From assembly GCA_002269645.1 (NCBI GenBank), contig NIVC01004624.1:1-40302 (forward strand): a DNA stretch of 40,302 nucleotides, read 5' to 3'. This document shows positions 1 through 11,448 of the stretch, piece after piece; the stretch's first letter is position 1; each line of letters begins with the position of its first letter. A model generated the notes under the pieces. That model was not told the DNA's origin, did not search any database, and saw only the letters and a list, made by a program, of their open reading frames with translations. This DNA comes from Macrostomum lignano. Its lineage: Eukaryota. A program made the position numbers and the translations under genes.

Positions 1-793
1 CATGGTGGACCACGCCAGCACTCTGCAGTCGTATTTGAAAATCAAAATCAGCAGCCAGCAGGATAACTATGTGCTGCATTAGGTGGCTAAGATTCTGGAG
101 CTCACCGTGCCGCTGAATGGAGCACCCAGATGAGGAGGAGCTGCGCTCGATCGAGCAGGAGATGGTGGCAGCTGACCATGCGCAAGGCATGATGGTGCTG
201 ACAGCGCGATCGCCTGTCTGAGCGCAGTGGTGAACCGGGTCACGCACAACTACTCGCTGATCCGGTCCTGCTTCAACCTGTTCTACACGCCCATCGACCG
301 GCAGCAGCAGAGAAAATGGCCACTGGCGCCGAGCTCATCGATCCCCGCAGAAGCCGTCAATCCTGCGCGGCCTGTACACCGTCGACTGCTGTTGAAGTAC
401 TTCGACTTGAGAGCATCACCACCTACGAGACTGGAGCTATCATGCAGCGCGTGTTCAGCTCGTTCATGTTCTTCTGCTCCCAGTGCGCCGACCCAGATGT
501 GGTGAAGAAGTCCCTGATGGGCCTTGGCTTCATGTGCGCCAGGCACTCGCACCTGCTGCTTCAGGACCCGCTGAAGACCTACTACTGCGAGCTTAATCGC
601 CGTCCCATGGTGTCCGACGAACCAAAACCCTGGTGCTGAAGAACCTCCCACAGCTTCCTGCTTGAGGAGGAAGCCAGCATGGTGCAGTCCGACTCCACCT
701 GGAAGGAGCATGTGCAGCAGGAGTCGCTGAAGGAGATGCACGATGTGCAGAGCGGCAAGGGCCAGCATGGTGGCTCAGGCTTATCTAGATCAC
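1..793 (+). CDS. NIPBL: NIPBL exon (5'-partial), disrupted in this sequence by an in-frame TAG (80-82) and several 1-nt indels
   Basis: Homology switches frame repeatedly across ORFs 227..505 and 316..639 and neighbouring frames. Ends at donor CAC|GTGAGT (793/794). Confidence 0.85.
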
Positions 794-3133
794 GTGAGTC
801 CCCGGTTGAGTAGGGTCTGCACTCTTTCTCCTCGGGATAATGGCCCCTCACAACTCTGCAAAATCACCGTGGATTTCCCCTCCATAAAAAGTCGACTCGA
901 CTGACTCAAAACTGCATAAAAAATCCCAAACCCCCATCGAAAAATCGCCCCAAGACCCCATCAAAAATCGCCCTCAACCCCATCAGAAATCGCCCTCAAA
1001 ACCCATCAAAAATCGCCCTCAAACCCTATCGAAAATCGGGTTTTCGATAACCCTATCGAAAATCGCCTTCAAACCCTATCAAAAATCGCCCTAGAACCCC
1101 ATCAAAAATCGCCCTCAAACCCCACCAAAAATCGCCTCAAACCCCATCAAAAATCGCCCTCAAACCCTATCGAAAATCGCCTTCAAACCCTATCAAAATC
1201 GCCCTCAAACCCCATCAAAAACCGCCTTCAAACCCTATAAAAAACCGCCTTCCAACCCTATCAAAAATCGCTCTCAAACCCCATCAAAAATCGCCCTCAA
1301 ACCCATAAAAAATCGCTTCAAACCCTATAAAAACCGCCTTCAAACCCTATCAAAAATCGCTCTCAAACCCCATCAAAAATCGCCCTCAAACCCCATAAAA
1401 AATCGCCTTCAAACCCTATAAAAAACCGCCTTCAAACCCATCAAAAATCGCCCTCAAACCCCATAAAAAATCGCCTTCAAACCCTATAAAAAACCGCCTT
1501 CAAACCCTATCAAAAATCGCCCTCAAACCCCATCAAAAATCGCCTTCAAACCCTATAAAAAACCGCCTTCAAACCCTATCAAAAATCGCTCTCAAACCCC
1601 ATCAAAAATCGCCTTCAAACCCTATCAAAAATCGCCTTCAAACCCCATCAAAAATCGCCCTCAAACCCCATCAAAAATCGGCTTCAAACCCTATAAAAAA
1701 CCGCCTTCCAACCCTATCAAAAATCGCTCTCAAACCCCATCAAAAATCGCCCTCAAACCCCATAAAAAATCGCCTTCAAACCCTATAAAAACGCCTTCAA
1801 ACCCTATCAAAAATCGCTCTCAAACCCCATCAAAAATCGCCCTCAAACCCCATAAAAAATCGCCTTCAAACCCTATAAAAAACCGCCTTCAAACCCCATC
1901 AAAAATCGCCCTCAAACCCATAAAAATCGCCTTCAAACCCTATAAAACCGCCTTCAAACCCTATCAAAAATCGCCCTCAAACCCCATCAAAAATCGCCTT
2001 CAAACCCTATAAAAAACCGCCTTCAAACCCTATCAAAAATCGCTCTCAAACCCATCAAAAATCGCCTTCAAACCCTATCAAAATCGCCTTCAAACCCTAT
2101 CAAAAATCGCTCTCAAACCCCACCAAAAATCGCCTTCAAACCCTATATAAAACCGCCTTCAAACCCATCAAAAATCGCCCTCAAACCCCATCAAAATCGC
2201 CTTCAAACCCTATAAAAAATCGCCTTCAAACCCTATAAAAAACCGCCTTCAAACCCTATAAAAAATCGCCTTCAAACCCTATAAAAAATCGCCTTCAAAC
2301 CCTATAAAAATCGCCTTCAAACCCTATCAAAAACCGCCTTCAAACCCTAACAAAAATCGCTCTCAAACCCCATAAAAAACGCCTTCAAACCCTATCAAAA
2401 ATCGCCCTCAAAACCACATCGAGCATCGCCAACAAACCTCGAACTCGCCCAGGTGCTGGCCGCCTTCTACTACAAAGACGCGGGAGTCCGGCTGGCCGCG
2501 CTGACCATGGTGGTGACCATCCTGCGGCAGGGCCTGATCCACCCGGTGAAAACGGTGGCGCACCTCATCAGCATGCAGTCGGACACCGATCCCGCTATTC
2601 GATCCAAAGCCGACGCGCAACTGATGGAGATTGAGAAGCATTATCCAGCTTCATCAACATGCGGGCCCTGTTCGGGGTGCGCCAGAGCTTCCAGCTGCAG
2701 CGGGTGCTTCGGCCCGGCCGCGTGGTGCGCGAATCCGCGATCCAGACGCCGACCCGCCCGTGGCCATGAACCACCACCTGTACTCCATGCTGCGCACCAA
2801 CCGCATGAACCGCCGGGTCCTGCTCACCAGCATGCTCAACCTGTTCGATGAGAACCCCAGCCAGGTGGGTCTAAGGTCACTGTTTTTGGCTGTCTGTCTG
2901 CCTGCCTGCCTGCCTGTCTGTGTGTGTGTCTGTCTGTCTGTCTGTCTCTGTCTGTCTGCCTGTCTATTTATCTGCCTGCCTGCCTGTCTGACTGTCCGTC
3001 TGTCTGTCTGACTGTCTGTCTGATGTCTGTCTGTCTGTCTGCCTGTCTATTTATCTGCCTGCCTGCCTGTCTGACTGTCTGTCTGTCTGACTGTCTGTCT
3101 GTCTGTCTCTGTCTGTCTGTCTGTCTGTCTGAC

Positions 3134-3216
<83 letters not shown>

Positions 3217-3219
3217 TAG

Positions 3220-3264
<45 letters not shown>

Positions 3265-3595
3265 GACTGACTGTCTGTCTTAGTGTCTGTATCTGTCTGT
3301 CTGTCTGCCTGCCTGTCTTAATGTCTGTCTTAGTGTCTGTCTCTGTCTGTCTGTCTGTCTGTCTGTCTGCCTGTCTATTTATCTGCCTGCCTGCCTGTCT
3401 GACTGTCTGTCTGTCTGACTGTCTGTCTGTCTGACTGTCTGTCTTAGTGTCTGTCTCTGTCTGTCTGTCTGTCTGACTGACTGTCTGTCTTAGTGTCTGT
3501 CTGCCTGCCTGCCTGTCTGACTGTCTGTCTGTCTGACTGTCTGTCTTAGTGTCTGTCTCTGTCTGTCTGTCTGTCTGACTGACTGTCTGTCTTAG

Positions 3596-3628
<33 letters not shown>

Positions 3629-3980
3629 GACTGACTGTCTGTCTTAGTGTCTGTCTCTGTCTGTCTGTCTGCCTGCCTGTCTTAATGTCTGTCTTAGTGT
3701 CTGTCTGTCTGTCTGTCTGACTGACTTAGTGTCTGTCTGTCTGTCTGCCTGCCTGCCTGCCTGTCTGTGTGTGTGTCTGTCTGTCTGTCTGTCTCTGTCT
3801 GTCTGCCTGTCTATTTATCTGCCTGCCTGCCTGTCTGACTGTCCGTCTGTCTGTCTGACTGTCTGTCTGATGTCTGTCTGTCTGTCTGCCTGTCTATTTA
3901 TCTGCCTGCCTGCCTGTCTGACTGTCTGTCTGTCTGACTGTCTGTCTGTCTGTCTCTGTCTGTCTGTCTGTCTGTCTGAC

Positions 3981-4079
<99 letters not shown>

Positions 4080-4082
4080 TAG

Positions 4083-4127
<45 letters not shown>

Positions 4128-4458
4128 GACTGACTGTCTGTCTTAGTGTCTGTCTCTGTCTGTCTGTCTGCCTGCCTGTCTTAATGTCTGTCTTAGTGTC
4201 TGTCTCTGTCTGTCTGTCTGTCTGTCTGTCTGCCTGTCTATTTATCTGCCTGCCTGCCTGTCTGACTGTCTGTCTGTCTGACTGTCTGTCTGTATGACTG
4301 TCTGTCTTAGTGTCTGTCTCTGTCTGTCTGTCTGTCTGACTGACTGTCTGTCTTAGTGTCTGTCTGCCTGCCTGCCTGTCTGACTGTCTGTCTGTCTGAC
4401 TGTCTGTCTTAGTGTCTGTCTCTGTCTGTCTGTCTGTCTGACTGACTGTCTGTCTTAG

Positions 4459-4491
<33 letters not shown>

Positions 4492-7400
4492 GACTGACTG
4501 TCTGTCTTAGTGTCTGTCTCTGTCTGTCTGTCTGCCTGCCTGTCTTAATGTCTGTCTTAGTGTCTGTCTGTCTGTCTGTCTGACTGACTTAGTGTCTGTC
4601 TGTCTGTCTGCCTTAGTGTCTGTCTGTCTGTCTCTGCCTTAGTGTCTGTCTGTCTGTCTGTCTGTCTTAGTGTCTGTCTGTCCGTCTTATCTGTCTATGT
4701 GTCCTTTTGTCTGTCTGTAACGATATTTCAGCAAAAATGCTTAAAGGAAATGTCTGCGCGTGTGACTAAATTAAAAAAAAAACTGTTTACCATGGCGACA
4801 GCCTTGTTCAGCTGCTTGCTAATATTCAGGCATCTGTTCTGCCTTGATACGGCTGACACTCTAGCACAAAGGCAGGCTTATCCTGCGTATAGAATGAAAA
4901 TCTGGCGATATTCCTGCTCGCATCCTAGCAACAATGCGCTGCTTTGTCCTGCTGTTCAGCACCACCGATGCCTTCGCCTGATTGCGTCAGAAATTCAGCT
5001 CAAAGCTCCCTGTTTTAAATTGCATTTTTGCTTTTAACTAAAAGGAGAAAAATATTGAGTGAAAACAGAATGGAGTAATTGGTTGCCATGGTTACTGGAA
5101 TTCAATCCAGCTGTCGCTTTTTATCTGCTTTTGGGAAATTTGTCTGTCTGCTTTTCCGGGTGTTTATTCTTGTTTGCCAATGTGTATTTGTGTCTGCCTA
5201 TGTGTCCAACTCTGTCTGCCATTGTGTCCATCTGTGTCTGCCAATGTGTCCATCTGTGTCTGCCATTGTGTCCATCTGTGTCTGCCATTGTGTCCATCTG
5301 TGTTTGCCAATGTGTCCATCTGTGTCTGCCAATGTGTCCATCTCTGTCTGCCAATGTGTCCATCTGTGTCTGCCAATGTGTCCATCTGTCTGCCGATGTG
5401 TCTTCTTTCTTGTGAATGTGTCCACAGCCTGTCCACCTGTGAGTATTTGTGTCCATGCTACGCAGCCTACATGCCCGCATCCCCTCCATCCCCCAGCGCG
5501 CCCCCCTCGCCGAGCTGCTGTACGTGGCGGACAACCTGGCCTCTTTTCCCTACCAAGTGGCCGAGGAGCCGCTGTTCCTGATCCACCACCTGGACCTGCT
5601 GGTGTCCGTGGCCGGCTCCACCCTGTTAACTAGCATCAAGGACTACTTGGGCTTCGCACCTGGAACGGAACTGCCTGACGGCTGCACGCCGGAGATGCTG
5701 GCCACCAGGATTCCGGCGCACACGGCTCCAGTTGAGGACTACCTGCTCCACAGCCGGGGCATTGCGCTGCTCCTGTCGCTGAAGCAGTACCTCAAGGAGC
5801 TGTACGGAATTAGCGACTCCAAGGTGCAAAACTACTCGCCCTCCGACTCGGCCAAGACCTGGGAGAAGCCGCTCAATCGCCGGTCGATCCCCGGCTTCCG
5901 GCCGCAGCGCTGCCTTGACTACCTGGCCTCCGAGTCGGTCAGGCCAACCACCGTGAAATTGGCCGCCGACATTCTCGACTTTGAGGATCTCATGCTCACC
6001 ATTGATCCCAATGATGCTGGCGGGGCCAGCGGAGATGAGGAGGGCGGCGGCGGTGGTGGCGGTAGAGCTGCTGCCGGCACCTCATCAGCTGGGCTGCTCA
6101 GCGGAGACACCGTGTCTGCCAAGCAGCTGCCCTACCACCCGGCTGTGCAGCGGGGCTTGGATCTGAAAGTGCAGCTCACCAGAATTGGTCAGTTTGGGGC
6201 TCGATTCTCACTGTGTAGATTGATAGTCCTACCTTTGTCACTCCTAATTGCTCATTCTGTAGGATTTTCACTCTTTATTGCTCATTCTGTAGGATTGTCA
6301 CTCCTAATTGCTCATTCTGTAGGATTTTCACTCTTTATTGCTCATTCTGTAGGATTGTCACTCTTTGTTGCTCTTTCTGTAGGATTGTCACTCTTTGTTG
6401 CTCATTCTGTAGGATTGTCACTCTTAATTGCTCATTCTGTAGGATTGTCACTCTTTGTTGCTCATTCTGTAGGATTGTCACTCCTAATTGCTCATTCTGT
6501 AGGATTGTCACTCTTTGTTGCTCATTCTGTAGGATTGTCACTCCTAATTGCTCATTCTGTAGGATTGTCACTCTTTGTTGCTCATTCTGTAGGATTGTCA
6601 CTCCTAATTGCTCATTCTGTAGGATTGTCACTCTTTGTTGCTCATTCTGTAGGATTGTCACTCTTGGTCACTCTAGACAAATTTCACTCTTACTTAGTAA
6701 CTCGTAGGCAATGTCACTCTTTAGAGTCTTAGGAATGGCTCTCCCTGCGTAATGATTCCATTCTTACTATAGCATTCACTCTCATCCAGTCACTCCCAGA
6801 GAGTGAATGACTGTCTCTCTGTTTGCCGTGCGTGCAGCAGCCACCCAACCGCATCGCCATAATTTCATTTCCAGACAGCGGAATGGCGGGTCCGGCAGGC
6901 CTTCAATCAGAGGCTGCGGATGAGGCGGCGGTGCCGGTGCCTGTCGACGATGACGGAGCGAACAGCGATGCCAGCAGCCAGGTGAGTCACGGTGCGGTGT
7001 GGGACATACTTGGGCTGGGCCAACTTCTCAGATCCTCAGTTGCTGGGCCAGCCTCCCAGATCCTCAGTTGCTGGGCCAGCCTCCCAGATCCTCAGTTGCT
7101 GGGCCAGCCTCCCAGATCCTCAGTTGCTGGGCCAGCCTCCCAGATCCTCAGTTGCTGGGCCAGCCTCCCAGATCCTCAGTTGCTGGGCCAGCCTCCCAGA
7201 TCCTCAGTTTCTGGGCCAGCCTCCCAGACCCTCAGTTGCTGGGCCAGCCTCCCAGATCCTCAGTTGCTGGGCCAGCCTCCCAGATCCTCAGTTTCTGGGC
7301 CAGCCTCCCAGATCCTCAGTTTCTGGGCCAGCCTCCCAGATCCTCAGTTTCTGGGCCAGCCTCCCAGATCCCTGTCTCCCCTCGCAGCCCCTACAGTTCA

Positions 7401-7566
7401 GTCCCTCCGCCATCCCACAGGGGCCCGCATCAAGATGCCGAAGCAGCGGAAGCGCCGCCCAGCTGCCAGATCTGGCGCCGGCGCCCGTCGCAAGCGCAAG
7501 GCCTCGGTGTCCGAAGAGTCCGAGGACAGTCCGTCCAGCGATGATTCCGACTCTCTGTCGGACTGA
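1..7566 (+). CDS. NIPBL: Nipped-B-like protein / Scc2 cohesin loader, 3' portion (HEAT repeats and C-terminal domain); the gene begins upstream of the window
   Basis: Exons <1-793, 2453-2864, 5497-6187, 6875-6981 and ~7402-7566, all with GT..AG introns. Peptides match recalled human NIPBL in order: VAKILELTVPL(M)EHP; CLSAVVNRVTHNY; VLKNLHSFLLEEE; QGLIHPVKTVAHLISMQSDTDPAIRSKADAQLMEIEKHY; HLYSMLRTNRMNRRVLLTSMLNLFDE; LLYVADNLASFPYQVAEEPLFLIHHLD; LLLSLKQYLKELYGISDSKVQNYSPSDSAK. The tail is basic (KQRKRR) then acidic. Exons 1-2 need frameshift correction, and the last acceptor is ambiguous. Confidence 0.95.
925..2415. repeat. 23-nt minisatellite (AAAAATCGCCYTCAAACCCYATC)n, about 65 copies, filling NIPBL intron 794-2452
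   Basis: Unit read directly; homopolymer lengths vary between copies. Confidence 0.95.
2453..2864 (+). CDS. NIPBL: NIPBL exon with two apparent 1-nt deletions (~2647, ~2730)
   Basis: Acceptor CCCAG|GTG at 2452 and donor CAG|GTGGGT at 2864/2865. The exon is 412 nt; restoring 2 nt gives 138 codons, phase 0 at both ends. Confidence 0.9.
2890..4720. repeat. Compound (TCTG)n/(CCTG)n microsatellite made of two ~850-bp higher-order copies
   Basis: Diagnostic variants recur: GTCCGTC at 2994 and 3841, CTTAATG at 3681 and 4544. Confidence 0.95.
5178..5395. repeat. 22-nt minisatellite (TGTGTCCATCTGTGTCTGCCAA)n, about 10 copies
   Basis: Read directly; lies just upstream of the 5497 acceptor. Confidence 0.9.
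5497..6187 (+). CDS. NIPBL: NIPBL exon (Nipped-B C-terminal domain), intact
   Basis: Lies within ORF 5449..6732. Acceptor CCCCAG at 5496; donor G|GTCAGT at 6187/6188 (phase 1, matching the next exon). Confidence 0.9.
6236..6664. repeat. 30-nt minisatellite (CTCTTTGTTGCTCATTCTGTAGGATTGTCA)n, about 14 copies alternating as a 60-nt dimer
   Basis: Read directly; CTCCTAATTG and CTCTTTGTTG variants alternate. Confidence 0.95.
6875..6981 (+). CDS. NIPBL: NIPBL penultimate exon
   Basis: Acceptor TTTCCAG at 6874 (phase 1); donor CAG|GTGAGT at 6981/6982. Confidence 0.75.
7026..7370. repeat. 28-nt minisatellite (CCTCCCAGATCCTCAGTTGCTGGGCCAG)n, about 12 copies, in the last NIPBL intron
   Basis: Read directly; no stop codon in any + frame. 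Confidence 0.95.
7402..7566 (+). CDS. NIPBL: NIPBL last coding exon (basic NLS-like KQRKRR/RRKRK and acidic serine tail)
   Basis: Strongly GC3-biased frame ending TGA at 7564-7566. The only nearby in-frame AG is 7400-7401, so the 5' boundary is uncertain. Confidence 0.7.
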   Translation, partial: SLRHPTGARIKMPKQRKRRPAARSGAGARRKRKASVSEESEDSPSSDDSDSLSD

Positions 7567-8294
7567 GCAGTGGCGAAGTCAGTATTTTTCAAAGCAGAAG
7601 CAGCAACTCCCAGCGGCATTATGCAGAAGCAATACAGTTTAAATAAGCCGGGTTGTTAAATTACGAGTAATTCTATAATAGCAAATTTGTTTTGATTTTT
7701 CTAACAATTTTCAGTCTCCTTACCCAATTGCAATGCCTAATTAGGTTTTCTAGTGTAGCTTCGCTTGTATCTTTGCTTGTTTATAATTTCCTGTCTTTGA
7801 GCACAGTTGAGCAACTATTTGTTCTTATCTAACTTATTCGTGTACAGCCAGAATTTAACAGTGCGATAGGAAAAGTACATGTCCTGCTTTTGTGTCCCTT
7901 TATTTTCTGCCTTTGCACTCTGACACCAATTTTTCTCCTGTAAATAATCAAATTTTATTATTATATACCAGTTCTCCCGCGGCACTGCTCTGCCTCGTGT
8001 GCTTCTACCTAGCAGAGAGACAGCTCTTTTTGTCAAAGAGAAGAATCAAGAAATTCTTTATTAGCAAGATGTTCTCACAACACACCATTTTTAGTCTTCG
8101 TGGCGTCCGTTGTTTGCACAAAATAGTTGTCGCTTAGTTCGTTCGATGTTGTTCAATTGCTGTACCGCTTGCTGGCTTTGCTTTTCTCTTTGTGTGCCGT
8201 CTTGGCTCAGGGGCTTTGGTGATTCAGTTATTGGGAATGCCAGTCGAACTTTTGAGGCTTTGTCATTGTCACAGAATCTCGAAAACATCTCAAA

Positions 8295-8815
8295 TCCTAG
8301 GTTGCTGGCCCACCCTCCCAGATCCTCAGTTGCTGCGCCACCAGACTCCCAGATCCTCAGTTGCTGGGCCACTAGACTCCCAGATCCTCAGTTGCTGCGC
8401 CACCAGACTCCCAGATCCTCAGTTGCTGGGACACCAGACTCCCAGATCCTCAGTTGCTGCGCCACCAGACTCCCAGATCCTCAGTTGCTGCGCCACCAGA
8501 CACCCAGATCCTCAGTTGCTGGGCCACTAGACTCCCAGATCCTCAGTTGCTGGGACACCAGCCTCCCAGAGTGTCAGTTGCTGGGCCAGCCTCCCAGACC
8601 CTCAGTTGCTGGGACACCAGCCTCCCAGAGTGTCAGTTGCTGGGACACCAGCCTCCCAGACCCTCAGTTGCTGGGCCACCAGCCTCCCAGATCCTCAGTT
8701 GCTGGGCCAGCCTCCCAGATCCTCAGTTGCTGGGCCAACAGCCTTCCAGATCCTCAGTTTCTGGGACACCGCCCTCCCAGATCCCTAGCTGCTGGGCCAA
8801 TTTCCCAGATCCTCA
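8295..8815. repeat. Diverged second array of the 28-nt family (28-32 nt units) downstream of NIPBL
   Basis: Shares the core CTCCCAGATCCTCAGTTGCTG with the 7026-7370 array. Confidence 0.9.
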
Positions 8816-9334
8816 TGCTCTCATGCCAGCAACAGTCTTAAGTGTCACGTGACGCCCCAGTCTCATAAAGGTCTGGTTATCAGCTATGCGAGTCGCAGCA
8901 TCTCGTGTCCCAGCCTTGGCTTTGCTCGCTGTTTTGCTGGACGCAGAGGTTTTAAATTGTGCGCGCAATTTTTTCATTGCAATGATGTTTCTCCTGTTTC
9001 CGTTTTCTGTTCTCTTCTGCGTCCAGTTTTATTACCTGAAGTTTTAATTCAGTTTCCTAAAGAGACTTCTCATCGTCATAATCGTATTAATTATTGCATA
9101 ATTGGCCCATCTATAAATTAATCGTTAAATGTGTTGCTTTATAAAATACTGCGAATCAGTTGTTGTTGGCTTACCTTACAGTGTGTTAAATATATCTATA
9201 AATTGCTTATATTGCTATTTATATTATTCCCTACTATTGTCTGCACAGACCCTTTCAAAATATTTAGACCGATTTCGATTTCTCAAAGTTTTTGTGTCTT
9301 TTCCCAAAGAGTTTTTTAAGTGCTTTGTGACTGC

Positions 9335-10775
9335 ACTTCTGTCACTGTGTGCTTGAGTGACTGTGCACTTCTGTCACTACGTGCGTGTGTGACTGTGCAC
9401 TTCTGTCACTACGTGCGTGTGTGACTGTGCACTTCTGTCACTGTGTACTTGAGTGACTGTGCACTTCTGTCACTGTGTGCTTGAGTGACTGTGCTTCTGT
9501 CACTGTTTGCTTAAGTGACTGTGCACTTCTGTCACTGTGTGCTTAAGTGACTGTGCTTCTGTCACTGTGTGCTTGAGTGACTGTGCACTTCTGTCACTGT
9601 GTGCTTGAGTGACTGTGCACTTCTGTCACTGTGTGCTTGAGTGACTGTGCACTTCTGTCACTGTGCGTGTGTGACTGCACTTCTGTCACTGTGTGCTTGA
9701 GTGACTGTGCACTTCTGTCACTGTGTGCGTGTGTGACTGTGCACTTCTGTCACTGTGTGCGTGTGTGACTGTGCACTTCTGTCACTGTGTGCGTGTGTGA
9801 CTGTGCACTTTTGTCACTGTGTGCGTGTGTGACTGTGCACTTCTGTCACTGTGTGACTGTGCAATTCTGTGCACTGTCACTGTGACTGTGCAATTCTGTC
9901 ACTGTGTGCTTGAGTGACTGCACTTCTGCCACTGTGTGCGTGTGTGACTGTGCACTTCTGTCACTGTGTGCTTGAGTGACTGTGCACTTCTGTCACTGTG
10001 TGCTTGAGTGACTGTGCTTCTGTCACTGTTTGCTTAAGTGACTGTGCACTTCTGTCACTGTGTGCTTAAGTGACTGTGCTTCTGTCACTGTGTGCTTGAG
10101 TGACTGTGCACTTCTGTCACTGTGTGCTTGAGTGACTGTGCACTTCTGTCACTGTGTGCTTGAGTGACTGTGCACTTCTGTCACTGTGCGTGTGTGACTG
10201 CACTTCTGTCACTGTGTGCTTGAGTGACTGTGCACTTCTGTCACTACGTGCGTGTGTGACTGTGCACTTCTGTCACTACGTGCGTGTGTGACTGTGCACT
10301 TCTCTCACTGTGTACTTGAGTGACTGTGCACTTCTGTCACTGTGTGCCTAAGTGACTGTGCTTCTGTCACTGTGTGCTTGAGTGACTGTGCACTTCTGTC
10401 ACTGTGTGCTTGAGTGACTGTGCACTTCTGTCACTGCGCGTGTGTGACTGCACTTCTGTCACTGTGTGCTTGAGTGACTGTGCACTTCTGTCACTGTGTG
10501 CGTGTGTGACTGTGCACTTCTGTCACTGTGTGCTTGAGTGACTGTGCACTTCTGTCACTGTGTGCGTGTGTGACTGTGCACTTCTGTCACTGTGTGCGTG
10601 TGTGACTGTGCACTTCTGTCACTGTGTGCGTGTGTGACTGTACAATTCTGTCACTGTGTGCTTGAGTGACTGCACTTCTGTCACTGTGTGCTTAAGTGAC
10701 TGTGCACTTCTGTCACTGTGTGCGTGTGTGACTGTGCACTTCTGTCACTGTGTGCTTGAGTGACTGCACTTCTGC
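9335..10775. repeat. 32-nt minisatellite (GTGACTGTGCACTTCTGTCACTGTGTGCTTGA)n, about 45 copies, with an internal AGTGAC/GTCACT inverted repeat
   Basis: Read directly; units are head-to-tail with no unique spacers. Confidence 0.95.
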
Positions 10776-10788
10776 GCAGATACACAGA

Positions 10789-11448
10789 CTCACGCAGGGT
10801 GTACAGCGGCACTGACTTTTTCTAATCGTCAGGCATGTGCACTCTTGGGGGTCCTCTAGGCTGTGAATCGCACGACACCTCCCCCGGGCCAATTCTCGTG
10901 CACACAAGCCCCAAATGAACGTTGCCGCTCACAGGAACTTGACGAATCGCATCCGGAGGGTTTCAGTGTGGTCGCGCTTGGAATCGAACTCAGGGACTCC
11001 AGCAAGTGATTCGGGCACGATGCCTCAACGATACTCGGCTATCTGCCTATCTAACACCTAGGCAGTTCACATCCCACTCTACCCAACCTCCCACTCTACC
11101 CCACCTCCCAATCTACCCCACCTCCCAATCTACCCCACCTCCCACTCTACCCCACCTCCCACTCTACCCCACCTCCCACTCTACCCCACCTCCCAATCTA
11201 CCCCACCTCCCAATCTACCCCACCTCCCACTCTACCCCACCTCCCAATCTACCCCACCTCCCAATCTACCCCACCTCCCACTCTATCCCACCTCCTACTC
11301 TACCCCACCTCCCACTCTACCCACCTCCCACTCTACCCCACCTCCCACTCTACCTCGCCTCCCACTCTACCCTACCTCCCACTGTACCCCACCTCTCACT
11401 CTACCCCACCTCCCACTCTACCCTAACTCTTACTCTACCAATCTATCT
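10789..11448 (-). mobile_element. tRNA-derived SINE-like element, copy A (G-rich 17-nt VNTR + tRNA-like head 11047-10969 + body + GTACACCCT..GTGAG end)
   Basis: The reverse complement closely matches 15276-15815 (roughly 90% by eye over the non-VNTR ~140 nt). A-box-like TAGCCGAGT and B-box GAGTTCGATTCC are present. Confidence 0.7.
11070..11440. repeat. 17-nt C-rich minisatellite (CCCACTCTACCCCACCT)n
   Basis: Read directly; reverse complement of the 15285-15680 array. Confidence 0.9.

Noticed and set aside
2924-4082. Long ORFs of poly(CLSV), and similar repeat ORFs at 5059-5581, 6335-6661, 8110-8852, 11006-11458, 15145-15813, 16082-16782, 17268-17787, 23038-23826 and 32159-33583
   Set aside because: All are translations of stop-free tandem repeats inside introns or intergenic DNA; no independent coding signal.
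9335-10775. RSS/Transib heptamer CACAGTG on the minus strand of most 32-nt units
   Set aside because: No nonamer (ACAAAAACC) at 12 or 23 nt spacing; a 7-mer match in a CA/TG-rich repeat is expected by chance.
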